The notes under the pieces were generated by a model, which ran no database searches, was not told the DNA's origin, and saw nothing but the letters and a program-made list of their open reading frames with translations. DNA of 55,957 nucleotides from NCBI GenBank assembly GCA_030425545.1, contig JAUIAC010000005.1, positions 1-55,957 of the forward strand. Reading direction: 5' to 3'. Shown here in pieces: positions 33,321-41,182 of the stretch (positions are counted from its first letter, which is position 1; each line of letters starts with the position of its first letter). Both the position numbers and the translations under genes were made by a program. This DNA comes from a bacterium. Its GTDB lineage: Bacteria; Myxococcota_A; UBA9042.

Positions 33321-35804
33321 CTACTTGCAGCCCGAGGCCCCAGAGGGCTGGTACGTGCACTTCTCGTCGATGCACAGGTCTTTGGTGCACTGGTCCTTGT
33401 CGTCGCAGTCGGCGTCCTGACCACAGCAGCCCGGCTTGGGCTTGCTGGTGCACTGGTTGGCCTGGAGGTCGCACGAGGTCAGCGTGCACGACTTGATCGC
33501 CGGGCAGTCCTTGTCCGCCTTGCAGCAGTTGGCCACCGGCGCCGTCTTGCAGGTGTGCGCGGCCTGGTCACACACGGCCTTGGCGCACACGTCGGTGCTG
33601 CTGCACTCGCTGTCGAGCTTGCAGCAGCCTTGCTGCGGGGCGTGCTTGCACTGGCCCTCGAGGCAGCTGTCGAGCGTGCACGGATCGCCGTCGTCACACG
33701 CCGCGGTGCTCGTACAGCAGCCGGGCAACGCCACGCAGCCACACGCGCCGTTCTCGCACCCGGGGGCCTGGCACTTGGGGCAGCTGCCGTCGCACTCGGC
33801 GTCGTAGAAGCAGGCCGGCTTGCTGCACGCGACCCGGACACGGAAGTCGTCCACGTGCACGCCGAGCTTGTCGTTGACCTGGTCGTCCCCCGTGTCGAAA
33901 GTCAGGCACACCTGCACCTCCTTGCCCTGCCACTTGTCGAGGTCGACCACGATGTCGCGCCACTTGCCGTCGGTCGTGCCGTAGACCAGGTCGCTCGACC
34001 AGGCCGGCTCCGGCTTCGTGCCGACATAGACCACCACGGCCAGATGGTCGTACTTCGGCTGACCGGCCAAGGGCGGGTTCTTGTAGATGGCCTTGGGCAG
34101 GTAGCTCCACTCGGTCTCCATGCGCAGCGCGAAGGTCGCCTGGTTGTAGACCGCCCCCACCTTCAGGTTGACCTTCTTGCTGCACGCCTGCCCCTTGGGC
34201 CCGACGCCCTTGCCCAGGCTGGCGTCGCCGTAGCCGTCGAAGCTCGCGGTGCCGAAGTAGAGCGCCTGGCTGCCCTTCACGCCGCCCTTGGGGTCGATCC
34301 GCCAGCGGGCCGCCTCGGAGTTGGCGCCGAGCAGCGTCCAGTCCGTGAGCACGCCGGAGTCGAAGTCGTCGACCAGCGCGATGGACGCCTTGCAGCACGA
34401 GGGCTTCGTCGCGTCGGGCTTCGACGAGCACTCGCCCGCGTTGCAGGTGTCCAGCGTGCAGGGCTTGCCGTCGTCGCACTCGCTCGACACGGTGCAGCAG
34501 CCCTCGGCCTTGTCGTGAAAACAGAAGCCCTTGACCGCGTTGTTGGCGTAGAGGGTGCAGTCGTCGGCGGTGCAGACCACCCCGTCGTCCAGGCAAGGCG
34601 CGTCCTTGGTGCACAGCGTGCCCTTGACCGGACACACGGTCTCCATGATCAGCTCGTCGAGCCAGACCCCCTCGAAGCCGTTCTTGATGCCGGTGAAGGT
34701 CTCGAAGCGCCACAGCACCTTCACCGACTGGCCGGCGTAGTCGCTCAGGTCCACGGCCACGTGCCGCCACGTTCCGCCGGTGCTCTTGTCGAGCGCGGTG
34801 GAGTCAAAGACCTTCACCGTGCCCTTGTCTCCGGTCACCGTGACCGTCAGCACGTCCTTCTCCGGAATGCACTGACTCGCCCCGTTGACGCTCACGCAGC
34901 TCGCTCCAGCTGGGCAGGGCGTCGCGCAGGTGCCCTTGGGCAGGGTGTCGGCGTACATGGGCTCGGCGTCGAGCCACAGCCAGAAGTGCAGCAGCGTGGT
35001 CTTGTCGCTCGGCAGCGTCACGGCCTTGGTCGCCAGGGTCGCCAGCACCGGCCCGGGGTCCTTGCCCGCCTCGCAGTTGTTCGCCGGGTCGGCCGAGGTG
35101 TCGTAGTTGCCGCAGGCGTTGCCCAGGTACAAGGCCTTGGTGCCGAGCCTGGCCCGCGTCCCCGAGACCGACCAGCTGACAGCCCCTGGCCCGGTGTTGC
35201 CCTTGCTCACCGCCGCGCTGAGCTCACCGAGGCCCCCCTGCTCGAAGCCCAGCTTCATCAGCGACACCTTGCCGCTGCAGCAGTTGACCTTGGCGGTGTT
35301 GCTGCAGGCGTTCTTGGCCGTGTCGCACTGGTCCAGGGTGCACTCCGCGCCGTCGTCGCAGTGCTTGTCCTCGCAGCAGGAGCCCGCCTTGAGCTGAACC
35401 CCGCACGTGCCCGCCAGGCAGACCGCCTCCTCACAGGCCTTGGGGCTCACCTTGGCGGCGCAGTCGGAGGCCGCGGAGCACTCGGGCCCGGCGTCGACCG
35501 GGGTCGTGTCCGGTTTGGCGGTGTCGGCTGCGGCGGTGTCGGGCTGCGCGGCGTCGGTGAGCACGTCGGACGCGGACGCGTCGCTCTGCCCGCCGTCTGC
35601 CACAGCGTCGACCTCGCCAGCGTCCTCGCCAGCGGCGGTGTCGGTGTCCTTCTTGCCGTCGTCTTCGCTGCACGCGCCGAGGCCGAGGCTCAGGCCGGCC
35701 AGCAGGCACAGCGCCACCCACGGACGCGCGCCCAGCGCGACGCGACGACGTGTCGTGTGGGGAGCAGTGGGGTTCAACGGGGTACGAGCGCGCGAGGGCC
35801 GCAT
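33321..35804 (-). CDS. Cys-rich surface lipoprotein B: 2 beta-sandwich domains collinear with those of A, plus a C-terminal run of Cys modules
   Basis: AGGAGG RBS before ATG 35804 and lipobox GLGA-C. Shares CCxGKVSL, LYLGNxCxxYDTS, CIPExDVL, CTADxCTLYAN, GPKG and YKNPP with A. Confidence 0.8.
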   Translation of the reverse strand: MRPSRARTPLNPTAPHTTRRRVALGARPWVALCLLAGLSLGLGACSEDDGKKDTDTAAGEDAGEVDAVADGGQSDASASDVLTDAAQPDTAAADTAKPDTTPVDAGPECSAASDCAAKVSPKACEEAVCLAGTCGVQLKAGSCCEDKHCDDGAECTLDQCDTAKNACSNTAKVNCCSGKVSLMKLGFEQGGLGELSAAVSKGNTGPGAVSWSVSGTRARLGTKALYLGNACGNYDTSADPANNCEAGKDPGPVLATLATKAVTLPSDKTTLLHFWLWLDAEPMYADTLPKGTCATPCPAGASCVSVNGASQCIPEKDVLTVTVTGDKGTVKVFDSTALDKSTGGTWRHVAVDLSDYAGQSVKVLWRFETFTGIKNGFEGVWLDELIMETVCPVKGTLCTKDAPCLDDGVVCTADDCTLYANNAVKGFCFHDKAEGCCTVSSECDDGKPCTLDTCNAGECSSKPDATKPSCCKASIALVDDFDSGVLTDWTLLGANSEAARWRIDPKGGVKGSQALYFGTASFDGYGDASLGKGVGPKGQACSKKVNLKVGAVYNQATFALRMETEWSYLPKAIYKNPPLAGQPKYDHLAVVVYVGTKPEPAWSSDLVYGTTDGKWRDIVVDLDKWQGKEVQVCLTFDTGDDQVNDKLGVHVDDFRVRVACSKPACFYDAECDGSCPKCQAPGCENGACGCVALPGCCTSTAACDDGDPCTLDSCLEGQCKHAPQQGCCKLDSECSSTDVCAKAVCDQAAHTCKTAPVANCCKADKDCPAIKSCTLTSCDLQANQCTSKPKPGCCGQDADCDDKDQCTKDLCIDEKCTYQPSGASGCK

Positions 35805-35841
35805 CTGGCCTCCTCTACCGGGACATGCCGGAGGTTGGCGC

Positions 35842-35850
35842 AGTCTAGCA
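35842..35850 (-). promoter_or_regulatory. Putative extended -10 promoter TGcTAGACT for lipoprotein B
   Basis: Same TAGACTGC string as upstream of gene A; no clear -35. Confidence 0.45.
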
Positions 35851-35983
35851 AGGTCGGGCGCCCGCCCGCCAGACGTCGACAGGCAGCCCGCGCGGGACGG
35901 CACCGCAGCGCGGTCGGCTCAGCCCCGACGAGGGCCAGACGACGCGGCTGGCAGCCACGCGCCCCCTCAGGAGAGCGGGCACC

Positions 35984-38900
35984 TCAGTCGCACTTCACCA
36001 GCAGCTTGAGGTCGTCGACCAGCACGCCCAGCGTCGAGTTCGCCACCGAGTCCGAGGTGTTGAAGTTGAACTCGATCTTGACCTTCTGGCCCTTCCACTT
36101 GCTCAGGTCGAACTTCAGGTCGAGCCAGCTGTTGGTCTTGAAGCCCTTGCTGCCCTTGTACCAGAGCTGGTTCTTCTTGCCGTTGGCGTCGATGAGGTAG
36201 ATGTAGAGCTTGTCGTAGCTCGTGCCCGACTCCGTGGCCATGTAGAGCGCCAACGAGAGCGTGGTGACCTTGCCGGCGGGCAGCGAGACCTCGGGGGTCA
36301 CCGCCGTGCCGTTGTTCGCGCCGAAGTTGTAGTTCTTCTGCGCCGGGCTGCCGTAGTAGAGCACGCCCTTGGGCGACTTCGAGATGGTGGCGTTCTGCCA
36401 CAGCTGCCAGCCCTTGGTGGCGCCCGCGCTGTTCTTGATGGTCATGTTCTTCAGGCTCGAGCTGAAGTCATTGACGAAGAGGTTGGGCTCGCAGCAGCCC
36501 GCCGCGCCGGTGGCCGTGTACTTGCAGAAGCCGTCCGAGCCGCACTTGTCGGTGGTGCACTTGTCGTCCTTGTCGTCGCACTCCAAGTCCGACTTGCAGC
36601 AGATGTCCTGGTGCGTGCACTTGTTGTTCAGGCAGGTGTCCTGCGTGCAGGTCTTCTTGTCGTCGCACTCACCCGAGCTCAGGCAGCAGCCGGGGATCGG
36701 CGTGTGGGTGCAGTCCTTGCCGGGGCCGGGGCAGCCGTCCGTCGTGCACGGGTTGCCGTCGTCGCAGTCGCCGGGGCCCATGCAGCAGTTGGCCTTCTCG
36801 CTGAACTTGCACTTGCCGCCCGAGCAGGTGCCGGTGGAGCACAGGGTCGGGCTCTTGCAGTCGCTGCTCGACTTGCAGCAACCCTCGACGTAGGCGCAGG
36901 CGCCCTCGTTGCAGATGCCCAGGCCGCCCTGACACGAGGTCGAGGTCGGCGTGCAGTCGACGCTGCCGCTGCACTTCTTGGCGTTGCACGAGGTCTTGAT
37001 CTTGACGTAGTCGATGACCGTGCCCTGGCCCGACTGCTTCTTGCTCGAGTAGCCGTAGATGCGGCCACGCAGCTTGATCTTGAACTTGCGACCGGCGAAG
37101 GCCGAGATGTCCTTCTGCCAGACCTCCCAGTTCGTGGTGCTGTGGTTCTTGTAGTAGTAGATCTGCTTGGAGTAGTTGTAATAACTGGTGATCTGCTTTC
37201 CGTCGACCAGGTAGTACTGGTAGATGTAGTTCGACGTCGTCTTGTAGTCGAGCTCGAACTTGTACTTGATCTCCAAGGTGTACTGCTGGCCCGGCGGCAG
37301 CTCGATCTCCGGGCTGGTGACGTAGAGGTAGTTCGACCCGGTCAGGTTACTGAACGTGTCCTGGCCGGGGATGCCGAACTTCATCACGCCCGCGTTGTTC
37401 TGCGGGTCGCCCGCCTTGGACACGTACTTGCCCTGGTGCCAGACCAGCTTGTTGGACAGCGCCTTGTCCGAGGTCCAGCCCTCCATGCCGCTGTCGAACT
37501 CGTAGACCACCGGCTCGACCGCGCAGCAGCCGGGCGCCTTGCTCGGGCTGTGGATGCACTTGCCCTGGTCACAGGTGTCGAGCGTGCAGGGGTTGAAGTC
37601 GTCGCACTCGGCGTCGAGAGAGCAGCAGGTGCTGGTGAACGCGCAGTCCCCGCCAGCGCACTTGCCGACCAGGCAGCTGTCCTCGCTGACGCACTCGCTG
37701 TCGGCCTTGCAGCAGGTGTTGCTGTGCAGGCAGGAGGCGCCGGCCTTCGGGCAGTGGTCGATGGTGCAGCTGTCCTTGTCGTCGCAGTCCTCGGTCTTCA
37801 TGCAGCAGCCGGGCTTGGCGTTGTGGGAGCACGATCCACCGGGGCCGCTGCAGAGGTCGAGGGTGCAGGGCTTGCCGTCGTCGCAGTCGGCGCTGCTGCT
37901 GCAGCACTCCTTCTTGGTGGTGTAGCCGCACACGGGCAGGCCCTTGCTCGTGGCCGTGGCCGCGCACGCGTCGGTGGAGCAGGCGTTGCCGTCGTCGCAG
38001 TCGCTGGCGCCGCCGCAGCAGCCCGTGCGCACGGTGAGCTCGTCGATGTAGGCACCCTCGAAGGCGTTCACGAAGCCGTCGAGCGTGTCGAAGGTGAACA
38101 CGAACTGCACCTTCTTGCCGGCCCACTTGTCGAGGGAGACGCTCTGCAGCTCCCACACCTTGTGGGTGGTGCCGCCGATGCTGTCGCTGTGCCACAGCTC
38201 GGTGGGCTTGTCCTTGGAGCCGGCCTCGACGACGGCGACCTGCAAGGTGTCGTATCCCTTGCTCTCCTCGGTGTCGAGGTAGAGCCAGAAGTCGAGCGAG
38301 GGCTTGACGCCGTCGTGCTTCGGCACCGCCATGGCCGGGGTCGTCATGGACGCCTTCACGTGCTTGTCGTTGGCGTACACGAAGCTCTTGGTGTCTCCGA
38401 GGTAGAGGCTGGTCTTGCCGCCGGTCTTGCGCTTGTCCACCAGCGTCCACTTCATGCCGCTGCCGCTGATGTCGGTGGAGGTCCAGCCCTCGGAGGGATC
38501 CTCGAAGCCGAGCAGCTCGGTGGCCGAGGTGAGCCCGCTCTTGGTGATGTCGGGGTTGCACGCGAGGCAGGCCGCCGTCGCGCTCTTGGCGCCCGCGGGG
38601 TAGCAGGCCACCTTGTCGCCAGCCATGGGCACGAGGCAGCCGCCGCCGACGTCGTAGGTGCACTTGCTGTCGACGCAGGTGCCGGTCGCGCAGGGGATCG
38701 TGCAGTCGCCGTCGTTCTTGCAGGCGACCGTGTGCTCCGTGACCTTGTCGAGCGGACCCGCGTCGGGGGTGGCCGTGTCGGGTGCGCTGGTGTCCGGCGT
38801 CTCCGTGTCGGGCGCGCTGGTGTCGGGCGTGCCGGTGTCGGGCGTCTCGGTGTCGGACGTGCCCGTGTCAGCGCCCGCGGTGTCGGAGTTCCCAGCGTCC

Positions 38901-39145
38901 GGGACCGCGACGTCCGACTCGGAGGTGTCTCCCCCCGCCGTGGTGTCGGTAGCGGAGCCGTCGGACCCACCCGCGTCGGACGTCGTGCCGTCCGCCTGCG
39001 CGCCGGTGTCGTCGGAGCTGTCGGTGTTGCCGCCACTGTCCTGGCCGGCCGGCGTCGTGTCAGGGCCTGGCGTGGTGGCGTTGTCGGTGCCACAGGCGGC
39101 GAGGACGGCGCACAAGCCGAAGGAGAGCAGGAAGCGGTGTTGCAT
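35984..39145 (-). CDS. Cys-rich surface lipoprotein C: 3 beta-sandwich domains (middle one Tyr-rich) and many Cys modules
   Basis: GGAG RBS before ATG 39145, lipobox VLAA-C and a PDTxx repeat linker. Domains end GAYIDEL, GTVIDYV and GVLVDDL. Confidence 0.8.
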   Translation of the reverse strand: MQHRFLLSFGLCAVLAACGTDNATTPGPDTTPAGQDSGGNTDSSDDTGAQADGTTSDAGGSDGSATDTTAGGDTSESDVAVPDAGNSDTAGADTGTSDTETPDTGTPDTSAPDTETPDTSAPDTATPDAGPLDKVTEHTVACKNDGDCTIPCATGTCVDSKCTYDVGGGCLVPMAGDKVACYPAGAKSATAACLACNPDITKSGLTSATELLGFEDPSEGWTSTDISGSGMKWTLVDKRKTGGKTSLYLGDTKSFVYANDKHVKASMTTPAMAVPKHDGVKPSLDFWLYLDTEESKGYDTLQVAVVEAGSKDKPTELWHSDSIGGTTHKVWELQSVSLDKWAGKKVQFVFTFDTLDGFVNAFEGAYIDELTVRTGCCGGASDCDDGNACSTDACAATATSKGLPVCGYTTKKECCSSSADCDDGKPCTLDLCSGPGGSCSHNAKPGCCMKTEDCDDKDSCTIDHCPKAGASCLHSNTCCKADSECVSEDSCLVGKCAGGDCAFTSTCCSLDAECDDFNPCTLDTCDQGKCIHSPSKAPGCCAVEPVVYEFDSGMEGWTSDKALSNKLVWHQGKYVSKAGDPQNNAGVMKFGIPGQDTFSNLTGSNYLYVTSPEIELPPGQQYTLEIKYKFELDYKTTSNYIYQYYLVDGKQITSYYNYSKQIYYYKNHSTTNWEVWQKDISAFAGRKFKIKLRGRIYGYSSKKQSGQGTVIDYVKIKTSCNAKKCSGSVDCTPTSTSCQGGLGICNEGACAYVEGCCKSSSDCKSPTLCSTGTCSGGKCKFSEKANCCMGPGDCDDGNPCTTDGCPGPGKDCTHTPIPGCCLSSGECDDKKTCTQDTCLNNKCTHQDICCKSDLECDDKDDKCTTDKCGSDGFCKYTATGAAGCCEPNLFVNDFSSSLKNMTIKNSAGATKGWQLWQNATISKSPKGVLYYGSPAQKNYNFGANNGTAVTPEVSLPAGKVTTLSLALYMATESGTSYDKLYIYLIDANGKKNQLWYKGSKGFKTNSWLDLKFDLSKWKGQKVKIEFNFNTSDSVANSTLGVLVDDLKLLVKCD
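38760..38889. repeat. 15-bp coding tandem repeat (PDT(S/E/G/A)x), about 8 units, in the lipoprotein C linker
   Basis: gtgtc recurs every 15 bp from 38775 to 38880. Confidence 0.85.
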
Positions 39146-39196
39146 GAGAGGTCTCCGAGTCGGCCTGCGGGGGGCGCGGCCGATGCACAGCGCGGA

Positions 39197-39226
39197 AAGG
39201 TAGCATCGGCGCGGGCTCCCTTTCAA
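39197..39226 (-). promoter_or_regulatory. Putative sigma70 promoter TTGAAA-N18-(TGc)TACCTT for lipoprotein C
   Basis: -35 at 39226-39221 and extended -10 at 39205-39197, with an AT-rich tract upstream (39237-39253). Confidence 0.6.
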
Positions 39227-39371
39227 ACTTCTGGGCTCGAAATTGGTCGATTTGTGCCTGCCCGCGCAGATCACGGAATGGCAGACGACGGGTGTTCAGC
39301 GACGCGTTCACTCGCGACTGTGCATGGATACACGAAGACGCCTGACCTACCTGGCGCCTGAGTGCAGCGGA

Positions 39372-41084
39372 CTAGAAGTCGACGACCCAGGCGGCGCTCA
39401 GGCGCCAGGCGTCCTTGGCCGGCGTGCCGCCCCTGCCGGCGTCAAAGCCGGGGCCGGGGAGCAAGTAGCTGAAGTCGACGGCGGCGCCGCCGAAGCGCCC
39501 GAATCGCGCGTCGATCGAGAGCTCCGGCTCGACGCCCAGGAGCGCGCGCTTGCCGGGCGTGGCCCCCCACTGGGCTGCGCCCGCGACCAGACAGCCCAGC
39601 TCCAGCGAGAGGCCACCGTCGGGCGTCTGCGGCGTGACGTGCCAACGCAGGGCTGGGCGCACGTACCACGCGTTGGCGACCGCGCCGATGACCTCACGAA
39701 AGAGCAGGCCGTCGACCAGAAAGCCGCGGTGCGTCGCGATGCCGGTCACGAGGGAGCGCCGCACCTCCTGCTTGGTCACCGGGTCGATCACGGTCAGGTT
39801 CGACCGGTCGAGCACCCCGAAGCCGCCCTCGCTGTCTCCGCTCGCAAAGCCAGCCTTGAGACGAAAGTCCGAGGCGCCCCGACGCAGGGAGAGCTGACCC
39901 GCCAGCGCGCCGCCGATGAAGGTCGTGCCGGTGTCGGTGTTGGCGAGCACGTCGGTGTTGTCCACGGTCGCGAAGCGCAGCACGCCCTCGGCCTCGACGC
40001 GCAGGACGCCCAGCCCGGTCTTGCCGCGCCAGCCGACGTAGGCCTGCGGCGTGACGAGCAGCGCGTCGCGCGGGACCAGCTGGTTGCAGACGCCGGTCTC
40101 GACGCAGCCCTCGTTGAGCTTCGCCGCAGGGTCGTCGGCGTGTTCGATGCGCAGGCCGACGGCCTGGTCCTGGTAGGCGAGCGCGACACCCCAGCGCAGC
40201 CCCTGTGCTTTGGCGGCGAGCGCGCCGCCCTCCACCTGGGCCAGCCAGCGCGTGACGTCGGCGGAGTCCTGCAGGCTCAACGCGGGGTCTTGGCTCGACG
40301 GGCCCTTGCTGACCATGGGCAGCGCGGCCATGGCGTCCCGCGAGATGTGCAGCCGAAGGCCGAAGATGTCGCCCCGGATGGCGACGCGGTCGACGTCGGA
40401 CTGAAAGTCGCTGCGCCGATCGCGGCCGTCGTTGCGCCAGAGGCCCAGCCCAAAGTGGTCCGGCGCCCGACCCACGAGGAGCTGGCCGAGGCCGAAGAGG
40501 TCGAAGGTCGCCCAGGCACGGCGCACGGAGACCGTCTCGGTCCCGCGGCCGTTGCCGGCAAACCCGACCCAGCGACCCATGACGCTGTCGTCGGTGGGGT
40601 GGGCGCCGAGGACGGTCCCGCCGGCGACGTCGAGCTGGGTGTCGATGCGGGCGCGCGCGCCGAGGGCCACCGACGGCTCCAGGCGCAGCCGGAGCTGCGA
40701 GAGCGCGATGTCGTCGCTGGCCGACCCGGCGCCGCTCGGGTCGAGCTGACCCAGCGTCGCGGGGATGCCCGACGTGCCGTTGCCGAGGCTGCCGTTGCGA
40801 ATCCACTGCCCGCGCGCACGCAGCCACCCCGTGAGGTGGACCCGAACGAGCGATTGCGCGTTGACCGGGGTCGCGGGTTGAATCGGGGGCTGGCTGTCGC
40901 TCGGCGTTCCCGGTCCGGGCTGGGCTCCCGCGGGCGCCGGCGCCACGGCGATCGCGCTCGCCAGGAGGGCCGCGAGGGTCACGAGGGTCGGCCCGCCTGC
41001 GGACGACGCCGCGCTCCGACGACGCTGCGGTGCGACACGCGGCGCGGCGCGTGGGCGGATGGGCGGCGTGATCAGCGTGGACAA
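39372..41084 (-). CDS. Outer-membrane beta-barrel protein resembling the myxobacterial TIGR04551 family
   Basis: Signal peptide; GWLRAR, LRLRLEP...RIDTQLD..GGTVLG, VRRAWA, GRAPDHFGLGLWRNDG...D...DR, VDGLLFREVIGAVANAWY.RP; terminal WVVDF beta-signal. Start taken as TTG 41084 (GGAG RBS, TACACT at 41119-41114); the ORF is open to 41186. Confidence 0.72.
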   Translation of the reverse strand: MSTLITPPIRPRAAPRVAPQRRRSAASSAGGPTLVTLAALLASAIAVAPAPAGAQPGPGTPSDSQPPIQPATPVNAQSLVRVHLTGWLRARGQWIRNGSLGNGTSGIPATLGQLDPSGAGSASDDIALSQLRLRLEPSVALGARARIDTQLDVAGGTVLGAHPTDDSVMGRWVGFAGNGRGTETVSVRRAWATFDLFGLGQLLVGRAPDHFGLGLWRNDGRDRRSDFQSDVDRVAIRGDIFGLRLHISRDAMAALPMVSKGPSSQDPALSLQDSADVTRWLAQVEGGALAAKAQGLRWGVALAYQDQAVGLRIEHADDPAAKLNEGCVETGVCNQLVPRDALLVTPQAYVGWRGKTGLGVLRVEAEGVLRFATVDNTDVLANTDTGTTFIGGALAGQLSLRRGASDFRLKAGFASGDSEGGFGVLDRSNLTVIDPVTKQEVRRSLVTGIATHRGFLVDGLLFREVIGAVANAWYVRPALRWHVTPQTPDGGLSLELGCLVAGAAQWGATPGKRALLGVEPELSIDARFGRFGGAAVDFSYLLPGPGFDAGRGGTPAKDAWRLSAAWVVDF

Positions 41085-41182
41085 CGAAGGCTCCGTCGAC
41101 AGTGGGGCCGCGGAGTGTAGGGAAGGGTGTTGGGAAGCGCCACCCGCTCGCCGAGCGCACATTTTGGCTGAGGCGACGGCGC

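Noticed and set aside
30072-36200. 2042-aa plus-strand ORF, and similar long antisense ORFs (4220..6136, 6117..7727, 36611..39361, 41102..44080, 45987..48836, 51649..54681)
   Set aside because: These are shadow frames of strongly G/C-third-position real genes. They have no motifs and lie antisense to well-supported CDS.
29541-41084. TraA/TraB kin-recognition locus
   Set aside because: The lipoproteins are N-terminally lipidated and have no MYXO-CTERM tail or recognisable PA14-like domain, and the barrel lacks OmpA/TSP3 domains. At most an analogy.
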